From Lama glama (Eukaryota), in assembly GCA_028534125.1 (NCBI GenBank), contig CM052852.1:94302001-94366000 (forward strand): a stretch of DNA of 64,000 bases, given 5' to 3'. A model generated the notes under the pieces. That model did not search any database. It had not been told where the DNA came from and saw nothing but the letters and a program-made list of their open reading frames with translations. The position numbers were made by a program, and so were the translations under genes. Positions 1 through 10,780 of this stretch are shown here, piece after piece. Within the stretch, counting starts at the first letter, position 1. Each line of letters begins with the position of its first letter.

Positions 1-464
1 GAAAGTCTGAATCTGCCCTCCGATGGCATTGTCAGAGGTCACCGGAAACAAAATTCAGCTTTACAACTGGCACGGGTAGAAGTGAAATCAATGAGGCTTA
101 CCAAAGCAAAATAATCATTAATACCCCTACCTGAATATAAGACAATGTCCTAAATGGGCTGGGGAGTGCCATGGGGTTTGGTTGAATTTTAGCTTTGGAG
201 GTGCTGTTTCAACTCAAGAGATTCAGATGACCCAAGGTTCACTTATTTTCCACTTTAGAAAATTGGTCCCTGGGATTCCCCTCTCCCATCACCTTGGCTG
301 CTGTTTGCTTTTCGCAAACATATTTCTGTTACCCCCCCCCAACTGCTTCTTTTTTCCAGGTCATTAGATGGTGAAGCCAGTACATGAAAAGACAGCTGTT
401 TGGGGTGTCAATGCAATTCCCCCAGTCCACACATCTGGGGGCACTGGGAACGGGGATATAGTCT

Positions 465-778
465 TGTATTTGTTCGCTCAGGCTTCTGTAACGAAGTCCC
501 CCAGACGGGGGGCTGCAACAACAGAAACGCACTGCCGCCCAGCCTGGAGACCAGAGGTCCAGGGTCAAGATGTGGGCAGGGCGGGCTCCTTCTGAGGGCC
601 GAGAGGGCGGGGTCTGGTCCGGGCCTCTCTCCTGGGCNNNNNNNNNNNNNNNNNNNNNNNNNNNNNNNNNNNNNNNNNNNNNNNNNNNNNNNNNNNNNNN
701 NNNNNNNNNNNNNNNNNNNNNNNNNNNNNNNNNNNNNCGATGCATTGGGGCGTGGGGGACACAGTTCAGTCCATCACC
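465..778 (-). mobile_element. MaLR solo LTR (MLT1B/C-like), interrupted by an assembly gap
   Basis: tgtatttgttcgctcaggcttctgtaacgaagt...aacaacagaaac...ggtcaagatgtgggcaggg...ggggacacagttcagtccatcacc resembles the MLT1 reverse strand. Probable 5-bp TSD AGTCT (460-464) / AGCCT (779-783). Confidence 0.8.
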
Positions 779-2684
779 AGCCTGTTTCTGGAATTTGCCT
801 TTTTGGATCGGTGGCAAAGCTAACGACCTTTGTTAAGTGAGCTCCTTCAGACAGCAGGCCGCAGTGGCCGGGTGGCGCAGCTCTGCCCCATCCCAGCCCG
901 TGGGAATCCTTGGAGCATGAAATCCGCCTGCCCCCCAAGAAAAGCCACCTCTGAACTCCCTTCTTCTCCGCCCTCTCAGAAGGACATGGATTTAGGGAGC
1001 CGACTCGGGAGCATCTGCAGGCAGTACTTTGCAGATAACATTGTTCCTGCAATTACCAAGTTAGGGAAAGACTGTTCACTCACTGCTTGGGCAATTGATA
1101 GAGTAATGAGGAAAACAAACAGACTTACTTTTTCTTGTGAGACTGAGCGTTCCTAGGAGGCGGCGCCCACATCCCTCGGCAGCGGCTCTGGGCCCTGGGT
1201 TCGCCCGGCGTCCCTAACCCAGCCCGGCCTCCGGGCCGGCCCGTTGTCCTGCGCCAAGTTCATTCTTGGGCCCTGCGGTGGGACTTGATGCCAAGAGAAG
1301 TCGCTGGAGACCGAGAGACAGATCAGGCTGTTGTCCCACATTCTCTCTCCACTAAGTCACAGTTTTCTTCCGAGGGAAGGTGGCTATTGTGAGGCTGTCA
1401 CAGTGAGGCGAGTTAAATGGGCTGGAGTGAAGGCGTCTATGAACAGTAACAGCCATCTCTGTCAGCTGCGGACTCCACGCGGTTACAAGGCAATTTGGCC
1501 CTGATAGGTAGGCGATTAAAAATAACAAAAGGCAAGAAGAATGAGAGGGGAAAACCCCTCTCGTGGTCCCCAAACCAAGGGGGCAGGCAAGTCCTCCGCA
1601 CTCCACTCAGGCAGAGCCCGCCGTCGGTAGCAGGGCATCTTTCCTTGGCCAGGGCTGGGAATGTGAGGTGGGCCGGGGGCGGCGGGGGAAGGGGGCAGCC
1701 AGGTCGGGGTCGGCTTCAAGGTCTGTGTCAAGTCCTGAAAGCTGAAAACTGGAAACAGTGTTACTAGTGGGGTGCGTGCATGTGTGTGTGCAGGGGACCC
1801 TCAGTGTGGACAACAGCGTGGACATTTTTTGTATGACGTCATAGCTCAGATGGTGAAGGTTAGATGATAGACAACCAGAAGAGGATTAGAGGAAAATTCT
1901 CAGCTCAGAGGATCCCCGGTTCACGTTGGATTTGTGAGCCCACATTTGCATTCGCGTAAGGAGCCGCACACCAGCACCAGGCCCCGCAGGAGCCGGGCCC
2001 CCGATCCCACGTGTCAGGGGCTGGAAAATCGATCCGCTAGCGGAGCGCCGAGCCTGGCACGGCCTCGACGGAGGAGAGAGCGCTGCGGTCCTGGGCGGCC
2101 TGCACGTCAGGCCCACGAGAACTAACGCCTTTCCCTGACCTCGAAATACAGAAACGGAGCGTAGAGCCCCATTTCCCCTCTGCTTAATGAGCTGCTGTAC
2201 AACACGATCGGTTTAGGACCAAGTCTGCATCCTCACCCTGGCTTCTCCTGTAACCACTGAAGTGCGAGCCGCCCACCATGGGCCCTGGCGTCCGCTTAGA
2301 TCGGCTCATCTGGATTGTCAGCCCACGTTACACACATGCCTGCCCGTGAGCTTATGGCGGGGGAACAGGCGATTTGTCCTGTGGAGACGGGACCTCTTTG
2401 TGGATGGATTCCTTTCTTTCCTAGCCTCGGGTCTAGAAATTCTGAAGTCAGAGAGGGCTGTCTCTTTAATGTAATGCTTTGTCTCTCCTGGAAAAGACAA
2501 AGCCCTTTTCCCTTGCTGAAGCTTTTGCTGGCTGTATCAATTGCAGTTTTAACGTAAGAAAAATGGAAGGAGAAAGGGACTATGTGAGGGAAAAAAATAG
2601 CTCTTTTGCTCACAGCGGTTTTCTCCATAGACGCAAGCAGGGATGCATCTGGGACCGTCTGTCAGTCCCCATCAAGTGGGGCAC

Positions 2685-2779
2685 TGAGTGGACTGGTTAG
2701 GGACTTGGGCTTTGGCATCAGGCAGGTGCAGCTAGTCACCCCAGCTCTCCCTTCCCCCACTTGCCTAGCTGTGTGACTT
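2685..2779 (+). mobile_element. MIR SINE, 5' part (continues at ~3452-3600)
   Basis: ggttagggacttgggctttggcatcaggcag...cacttgcctagctgtgtgactt. Confidence 0.6.
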
Positions 2780-3452
2780 TTTAAAAAGAATAGTTTTACT
2801 GGGATTCAGGTACCATAAAATTGGCCTTTTAAAGTGTATGATTCAGTGGTTTTCGGTAGTCACAGAGTTCTGTAACCATTACCGTTCTCGAATTCCAAAG
2901 CATGTTTGTCATTCCAGAAGACTCCTTGTGCCATTAGCAGTTGTTCTTCATTACCCCCGCTCCCAGAACCTGGCAACTAGTAAGCTACTTTCTATCTCTA
3001 TAGATTTGCCTGTTTTAGTCATTTCCTATAAATGGAATCCTTCACTATGCTGTCTTTTGTGACTGGCTTCTTTCACTCAGTGTAGTGTTTTCCAGGGTCT
3101 TCCATGTTGTAACCTGTACCAATACTTTGCTCCTTTTATGGCCGAATAGTATTCCATTCTCTGGATAGACTGCATCATACTTACCCATTCATCATTTCAT
3201 GGGCATTTTGGTTGTGTTCACTGTGTGTCTGTTTCCCGATGGCTAATAATGTTGAGCATCCCTTCATCTGCCTATTGGCCATCTGTGTATCTTCCTCAGA
3301 TAAACATCCATTCAGATCCTTTGCCCATTCTGTAATTGGGTTACTTACCATTTTATGGTTAGGTTTCCAGGCTTCTTTATATAGTCTGGATACTAGACTC
3401 TTACCGGCTATATGACCTGCACGTATTTTCTCCCATTCTGTGGCTAGTTTTC
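2780..3452 (-). mobile_element. L1M (L1MB-like) 3' end fragment
   Basis: ttttaaagtgtatgattcagtgg...ctactttctatctctatagatttgcct...ggctaataatgttgagcatc. The minus-strand ORF gives ORF2-like NPITEWAKDLNGCLSEEDTQMANRQMKGCS. Confidence 0.9.
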
Positions 3453-3600
3453 TTAACTTTTCTGAGTTCCCTTGTCTAAAAGCAGAAGATACAAGTGCAG
3501 CCTCCGAGATGTCTTGGAGAGAGCCAGTAAAGTGATCCGTCAGCACACGTGGCAAAGTGAGTGCCTGGCATGCATTGAGGTTGCCTGAATAAGTCTTGGA
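3452..3600 (+). mobile_element. MIR SINE, 3' part
   Basis: cttaacttttctgagt...gtgcctggcatgcattgaggttgcctgaataa. Confidence 0.5.
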
Positions 3601-4184
3601 ATTATTAACTAGGACCAGCCAACTTAGACTCATGGTGAGACAGACGCAAGGTGTGAGCCCTGAAGCCATCACTTTACATCTGCCAGGTGTGGCATTCAAA
3701 GAGCTTTGAATTTACTAACACGTTATACCTAGATGACTGGAGCACTTTTATTTAGGGTGATTATACTTTTATTCTGCATATGTTTTATCATTTTAGAAAT
3801 TAGCTGATAACTACTGACCAGTACTGGGATCTGCCGCTCTCCATATATCTATAGTACAGCTCTCTCTGTTTTTCTATCTAGACAGCTAGTTACCCATCTA
3901 TCATGAACGTGAATCTATGAAGAACAGGATAGAAATAGCCTAGTGCTGGGGCAAGGATTCAGGACTGGCACTTTCTTACCTAAAGCCAAATCATGAAGGA
4001 ATAGATCTCCAGTTTCCTAAGATGTTTGCCTACCGTCTGTAAAACCTACTCAGATGGTTCTCTGTTGTGGCTTAAACTACTTTCTTCAACCAGAGCCCTG
4101 GGAGTTTCATCCACAGTAATTCTTTTAATGCTGCTTCTGAATATGTTGATATAAGAATCAGGATCCCATTTGTCCTAATATCAG

Positions 4185-4390
4185 TAATAATAGAAGTCAT
4201 AGCATCTATTAAGCACTCACAATCATCGCTTTTCATGTTACTTTTCACAAAAACTATGCAAAGAGGGTATCAGGGACCTCGTTTTCGAGACAAAAAATGG
4301 AGGCTCAGTTTGCCTAGATTTGCACGGCTAGTAAATGCAAGAGCCCGGTTGGTCCATCCAACTCCCAGACCTTTGCTTTTTCCTTTACAT
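4185..4390 (-). mobile_element. MIR SINE
   Basis: tattaagcactcac...gaggctcagtttgcctagatttgcacggctagtaaatgcaagagcc. Confidence 0.65.
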
Positions 4391-5544
4391 TGTGACGCCT
4401 CTTAGGAGATTAGATTTACCAGAGCTCTTAATCATTAGGCACCTGGGTTACTTCTGTGTTTCAGAATCAGAAAGTCACTCCCTTTTAACCAGTTGATAAA
4501 TGGCAGTACATAGCAGTTCAGATCTGTGTGCCACTCACTTATCAACGGTGGGCCCTCCCTTATCTTAAAAATCTTCCCATCTCAGAAATTCAGTTCTTTT
4601 CATGGAGTCAAAGGCAGTGCCTTACGTGGACTCAGCAGAGTCCCAGGGTTAGGAAACACCCACACTGCGTCGGTGAGCCACACAGAGTTCATTTGCGCTA
4701 AGTTGGAGTTTAGAGAGATATGGCCAAAATGATTCAACATGGCTGGCTTTCCGCGTCAATGTGATCGTGCCATGTGCTGTAATTTATAGTGTAAACAAGT
4801 TTTCTGCAAAAGCTAAATATATCATGCAACTAATTTAACATGCACAGAAGGAGCTGTTAAATTATTTCAGTCCCATTACTCAAAATGTTCAGAAAATTCC
4901 TCTGTATTAGAGCCAGTGCAGGATTGGCTTTGCAGCCAAATGCATCAACATAAATGTTGAATTCCCTGGGGAAATGCATGCCTCATACGGTTACTTAGGG
5001 AAAATATATGCCCAGACATCGTGGAGCCCCTTCTAAAACAATTCTCATTTTGTTCAGACAATAGGATCAAATTTTCAGGCACGTTACCCAGCATCGCTGC
5101 ATTTAGCAAGCCTGTAGGCAGATGTGACTGTCAATAAAATGGTGATGTGTTTTTAAAGGATTAATTCTTTATGAAATGAGGAAGTGGAAACTGAGGTTTT
5201 TCATGTCACTTTCCAATTTTGTCCTTACCTACATGGAAAGACTTCCTCATGGAAGCCATATGTAATGCCTCAAAACTGTTGAAATTGGAGTAATTATCAG
5301 AACAAATGGTGTCATTGGATGATATTAGTCTGTTTGTGTTCCTTCTGCCTCCACAATGAATCAACATTAATACAGATTTTTAGAAACACTTGAAACACAG
5401 TCATCTGTGATTCCATTTTTGTTTTAAAATACATGTTTTTAAAATTAATGTAACCTTTTTACCCACTAAAACATACTTTTAGGTTGACAGTTACCCTTGC
5501 ATAGTCCCGAGCCAGAAAGGGTGTCTCCTTCTCCACCCAATTTT

Positions 5545-5705
5545 TAAAGCTCTGAATCAGGAATGGGTATGAAATTTGATCTGGTATGTTTTTGGCATCT
5601 ATTGAGATGATCATATGTTTTTGATCATTTTATTTGAAGATGTGATGTAGTATACAAATAGATTTCTCACTATCACACTGTGTATGCACTCCTGGAATCT
5701 GGTCG
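5545..5705 (-). mobile_element. Old L1M ORF2 fragment
   Basis: aatcaggaatgggtatgaaattt...ttttggcatctattgagatgatcatatgtttt. Confidence 0.75.
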
Positions 5706-7247
5706 ATTAATATTTATGACATGCAGTTCAGTTGTATTTTAGGTAGATGTGAATTTTCCAGACTTGAAAAAGTCGATATAATAATATTAATAGGCTCTCT
5801 TTGTACTCAAAAACTTGATCGACTTCTCTTTCTGATATGCAAAAGCTATTCGGGGCAAAGGTACAGTTCTTTCCATTTCTGCAACTTTTGCTTCCGTGCG
5901 AGAACACATTTCTCTAGTTTTACTTGTTTCCGAATAAAAATGACATCTGGTGTGTTTGGGTTAATCCAGGCTGAACTATCTTGATCCAATAAGCTCAACA
6001 GATGATGAAGATGGGGTGATTCCTATATGCTGGGGTCATCTCAGTGAATAATTGCAGCAATCCTACAAGATGGTATTTTTGGGGTCTCTTTCACCAAAGT
6101 ACTCACCCGGAAGTTCAAGGGATTAGATCCGAGGTGGCACAGCGAGGGAGGGTTTGAGCCTGGGCCTGTCTGACGGCAGAGGAGGCTCAAGCCCCCCGCT
6201 GAGACCTTCCTTGTGCTCAGAGCCACATGCAACTTAGCTGACTCTGCACAGAGTCAAGTTACTGGTCTCCAAGGACTCTGAACATTGGCTAGTTTTGGCA
6301 GATATGTCCTTGGACTCAAGCGATGGCCAGCTTTGCTCATGCTCATCACTCTGAGCAGGGAAACAAGTCCATTAGGTACTCTTCTGCTTAGGGTAGTGAT
6401 ACTCCTAGCCTTTGTTGGAACTTAGATGTGGGCAGCATGTTCGACATGAAACATTAGTCAATGAGTATGTCCAGCATGACACCGGCATCTGAAAAGCAGG
6501 TCCCATGAGGAGTAGCGAGCAGCTGGCTAGGATGCCTGGTGGGGTGGGGAACAGCTCCGCCATGTGCTGTGAACACCCCGCAGGTATTCAAGTAGACCTT
6601 GTAGGCCGAGGCTTGAACCACAGATAATCTGAGTCTTGGCAGAACACCTAGTGATCTTCCCAGAACAGGAGAGGACAAGAAGATCTTGAGATGTACTTCA
6701 AGGCCATCTCCCACTCGCCCCCCTCCTCCCCCGTCTCCTCTGGGAGCCTGTTATGATGCAATTTCCCATTGCCTCCCAGGTTCTGATGAGGTATGGAACA
6801 TTCTGTCCCACCCTGTGCAGAATAGAACTGCAGCCTGTAAAACCCCTTACGTGGAGCCTAGAATGGGCTCCTGCATACCGGAATATCGCACAGCTTGCTC
6901 TGCAGTCATTGGGTCCCTTTTGTTTTGGTGGTGTCCTTTTTGGAGTGTGGGACAAAGATCAGGGGAAGCTGGTGTGTCTTCCTTATTTTCATTATGGTTT
7001 AGTACTAAACTGCCTGAATCTAAGAGTAAATGGCTGTATCTTCACCAATCAAATCACTCAGGCCTTGCGCTATCTTGTATGTGTATGTGTGACAGGTGCT
7101 AACCCACGTTCACCCCGTGCAGTGTGCACAGGGTTCCTTCCTGGGCTCCATGTGCCCCAAGAAGCCTTTCCGGCTCTAGGATTTTATAAGCTTGAAACAC
7201 TGTCACCAAGGGTTAGAAGCCAATCTACCTCCTTCCACCCTAAACAA

Positions 7248-7249
<2 letters not shown>

Positions 7250-7293
<44 letters not shown>
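7250..7293. repeat. (GT)22 microsatellite
   Basis: Perfect GT run read directly from the sequence. Confidence 0.98.
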
Positions 7294-7294
<1 letters not shown>

Positions 7295-8254
7295 GGGGGT
7301 GTCATTTTGATGAAACAGAGTTGAGCATATAAATCAGGTGGGATTTTCATAAACAACCCAGCAACACTGCTGTCAACATTTTAGTGGGGCCTAAATTGTC
7401 AGGTTTGTCTCTTTTGCTTAAACAGTCTGAAATAAAAGGTGAACTCTCTATGCATCAGCATGAAGTTCCTTGAAGCCCTGCCTGCCCTGTCAGCTCAGGT
7501 AAACAGCCCTTCTCCACAACCTTTCTCTAGAAATGGGCTGGAGGAATAGTTTAAAGCACTGCAAGCTGAAGTGCTGTGTTCTCAGCAGCTGAGGATTTTC
7601 AGGGCCTGGGGTCTCACTAAGAATTTGTCCTCGCGCCCATCGAGTTTCATGTAAGGCACAGTGGCTGTCAGCAGGCACGCGCTGTAGTGCACTTAACAGC
7701 AACTTAATATTTCAGTTGTTTTGAAGAGTTTCCTTAGATGGAGATTAATGGACCAGCTCAATAAAGTAGTTCTTTACTTAATCCTTTAACAATTAGAAGC
7801 TGATGTGAAGAGATAAGTAATGAAGTACCCTCTGTGATTGGGAGGTGCTTTGGAAGTAACCGCGGGGGTTTCTACTCTCTAATCAGCCACGGTTGCTCTA
7901 AGAAGCTGAAGGAAGGCTGAGGAACAACCCCAAAAGGGCAAGAAATCTGCCCTTCCTAAGCAATTGGCAATGGAACTAATGAGGTGTGTCTCCGGAGAGG
8001 AGGGTTGACTAGGAGAGACACTCCCTCTGCCCTGGTGGCAAAGGTGTCAGAGTTGTGGGAGGATGGGCGACATTCATCAGTATAGAGGCACAGCCTAGTG
8101 GGAGGAAGTGTGCTCCTGCTCTGGAGGTGGGCAGAGTTCTCGACAACAATTCAGTGCCCTCAGAGTGGCTGGGAAGACCTTGGACTTCAGGATCATCAGT
8201 GTCCCAATTCAGTTGATTCTAATTCCGATGCAGTTGGAGAATCTGGTCCCTTGT

Positions 8255-8885
8255 CTTCCCCACCCTGACTGTCGGTGCCCTGGTCCAGGCCATCCCTATC
8301 TGTTACCTGGACTCCTACAATGATGAGCTGACAGGTTCCCTTGCTACCTCCTTCTTCCAGTCAATCTCTATTCTTTCCTCTGAGATCCCTACTTCTGGCT
8401 CTCCATGGCCCACCTCTTCTTAAAAACTTCATGTGTTCCCCTTCCCTGTTGTTCTTTAGAACAAGCCAGGGCCTGGTCTCACAGCAGCCTGCCTCCTTAG
8501 TCTCGTGTCTTTTCACCAGTGCCTAGAGATGGTATATTCCAGCCAGACCAAGCATCCTACTCTCCCCCAAACCTCCAGTCTTTTTGTACCCCTGTTTCTT
8601 CTCCTTGGGCTGTTCTTTCCTTCTTCCTCCTCTGGCAGTTCATTCTGCCTTTGAAGCATGGCTCAAAGGCCGCTGCTTCTGGGGAGCCTTCATCATACTC
8701 TGGGTAGACTTAGTCCTTGTTTGAGTGTCTTCTTACATGCCTCTGACATGGAACTTACAACATTACATTGTTATTGTATCTTTATCCAGTCTTTGTCCTT
8801 ATCAAAGGGCATGCTTATTAGGTGAAGGGACCGTGTCATCTTCATAGCTGCTCCCCCAGGGCCAAGCACGGTCATGACAAGTAGG
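8255..8885 (+). mobile_element. L2 LINE 3' fragment
   Basis: ccctggtccaggccatcc...tacctggactcctacaat; ends with agggaccgtgtcatcttcat...cccagggccaagcacggtcatgacaagtagg. Confidence 0.7.
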
Positions 8886-8889
8886 AATG

Positions 8890-9105
8890 ACAGTAACAGT
8901 GATTACTGAGTGTTTACCAACCATTTTACGTACATAATCGAATTTAATCCTTGTACCAACCTTCTGAAACAGATACTATTATTGACTCCATTGCACAGAT
9001 TAGGGGATTGAAGCTATGATAAGCAACTTGCCCCAGTCCACACTCAGTATGTTTTGGAGCTGGGGTTCAAATTCAGCACAGCCCAACTCCAAAACCTGTG
9101 CCCTC
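8890..9105 (-). mobile_element. MIR SINE
   Basis: atttaatcctt...actattatt...taagcaacttgccccagtccacac...gagctggggttcaaattcag. Confidence 0.8.
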
Positions 9106-9809
9106 AAGTGCTGCAACATCGTCTCACCCACAAGTACCAGGCCCAGCAAATGATCTCGAATGAATCCCTGTTACTCCGTGTGGGTGACTTTCCATACCAC
9201 CTAATATGACTCAAAGGAAGTTTGTTCAGGATGACTTGTACAGCCCTACTGAAGAGTGTACCCTCAACTATCACGATGTATGCTTGAGAGACTTTTCTAA
9301 AACAAAAGATTCTCTTTTCCCCTTTAGAATTATCCTGGCAGCTGTTTTCAGGTACAGGTCGGTCTACTGGTTTATGATCTTTTCCTGGGAAACCCACGCT
9401 TAGATGTCTTCACACACACCCCTGAAAAATGATACAGTGCTATTTTGGTGTGTGTAACATTCTTGAAAGCCATCTGAATTCTATTAGGCAGTTTGTCATT
9501 TGCATGATCACTTGAGTTCCCACATTTGGAGAAAATTATATAACCCAGAGAAATATGCCAAGAAAATGAAAATCAAATTCAAAATAATGACTGTGGAGCA
9601 GAATACTGGTATTGTGCTGAATTTACATGATCAATTCTAAGGAAGTCCAAGGTTGAAGGGGTGGCGCTTTGATACAAGTCAGTAGTCACGTACATCAAGG
9701 CTCAGATTATTCGCTTTGGCTGACGTGTGCGATACAGACATAAACCCATATATTCCACATGTGAGACTAGAAACAGGATATTTATTCTTTTTTATTTCCT
9801 ACTATTGCC

Positions 9810-9926
9810 TTGTACGTACTCAGGACTCTGGCCAGACTGTTTGGAATTCCCTGAATCTCTGAGATAGATACTAGTTTATTCCTTTTGCACAGAGGAGTAG
9901 ACTGATGTTCAGAGAGGTTAAGTAAC
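9810..9926 (-). mobile_element. MIR fragment
   Basis: ttttgcacagaggagtagactgatgttcagagaggttaagtaac. Confidence 0.65.
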
Positions 9927-9995
9927 ATAACTCTGGCTCTCTAACTAAATCCTAGGCATAAGTACCTCCAACAAATAAGACTTGACTAGATTGCA

Positions 9996-10100
9996 GGGGA
10001 GGGCATAGCTCAGTGGTAGAGCACATGCTTAGCGGACACAGGGTCCTGGGTTCAATCTCTCACACCTCCATTAAAAAAGGCAAGAGCAATCCCCCCCAAA
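9996..10100 (+). mobile_element. tRNA-derived camelid SINE (Vic-1 type)
   Basis: GGGGAGGGCATAGCTCAGTGGTAGAGCACATGCTTAGC...GGTCCTGGGTTCAATC (Pol III A and B boxes), an A-rich linker and a CCCCCCCAAAA end. Degenerate TSD AAGACTTGACTA (9977) / AAGACATGACTA (10101). Confidence 0.88.
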
Positions 10101-10195
10101 AAGACATGACTAATTCCTGGGGACCCCCAGAGGTCCCCTAGCCTGGCTATGAGCAAAGCAGCACTGCTTTAATCTCCTTCTCTCTCTCTCTCTTC

Positions 10196-10333
10196 TTATT
10201 TTTACTTTTTAAAAAGATTGAATTATAGTCAGTTGACAATGTTGTGTCAGTTTCTGGTGCACAGCAGCATGTTTCAGTCATACATGTACAGACACATATT
10301 CCTTTTCATGTTCTTTTTCATTATAGGTTACTA
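10196..10333 (-). mobile_element. Short L1 3' UTR end (artiodactyl/camelid type)
   Basis: attgaattatagtcagttgacaatgttgtgtcagtttctggtgcacagc...cattataggttacta; the same sequence type occurs at 42860-42975. Confidence 0.85.
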
Positions 10334-10430
10334 CTTAATCTCTTTTTCATTTGGGGTTCCTTACAAGATTTCACCTGGCAGGAGGAGGATTCTTGCGTCT
10401 AAGAGAAATTTGGGAACCATTGGCTTACAG

Positions 10431-10780
10431 CAGGGATCAGCAAACTTTTTTCATGTAAAGGCTCAGGTGGTAAATATTTCAGGCTTTTCAGGTCGTGTGT
10501 TCTCTGTTACACCTACTGACCCCAGCCATCCATCCCCATCGTAGCACAAAAGCACAGCTGATATGTACATGCATGGGCGTGGCTAGTGCCAATACGACTT
10601 TGTTTATGGATAAGGAAATTTGAATTCTGTATCATGTTCACATGTCATGAAATATTATCCTTCTTTTGATTTTTTTCCCCTCAACCATTTAAAAAGGGAA
10701 AAAGCGATCTTAATTTCCAGGCAGTATAAGGAGAGAGGGAAGGCTAGTGTGGACTGAAGGCCTCAGTTCATGAAACCCTG
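10431..10780 (+). mobile_element. MER58B-like hAT-Charlie MITE
   Basis: TIR cagggatcagcaaac ... gttcatgaaaccctg; internal tcacatgtcatgaaatattatccttcttttgatt. Confidence 0.85.

Noticed and set aside
4924-4939. NFI palindromic site
   Set aside because: The spacer between TTGGC and GCCAA is 6 nt rather than the required 5.
9996-10070. tRNA gene
   Set aside because: A and B boxes are present, but the stems are imperfect and it is followed by a SINE tail and flanked by a TSD, so it is a tRNA-derived SINE.
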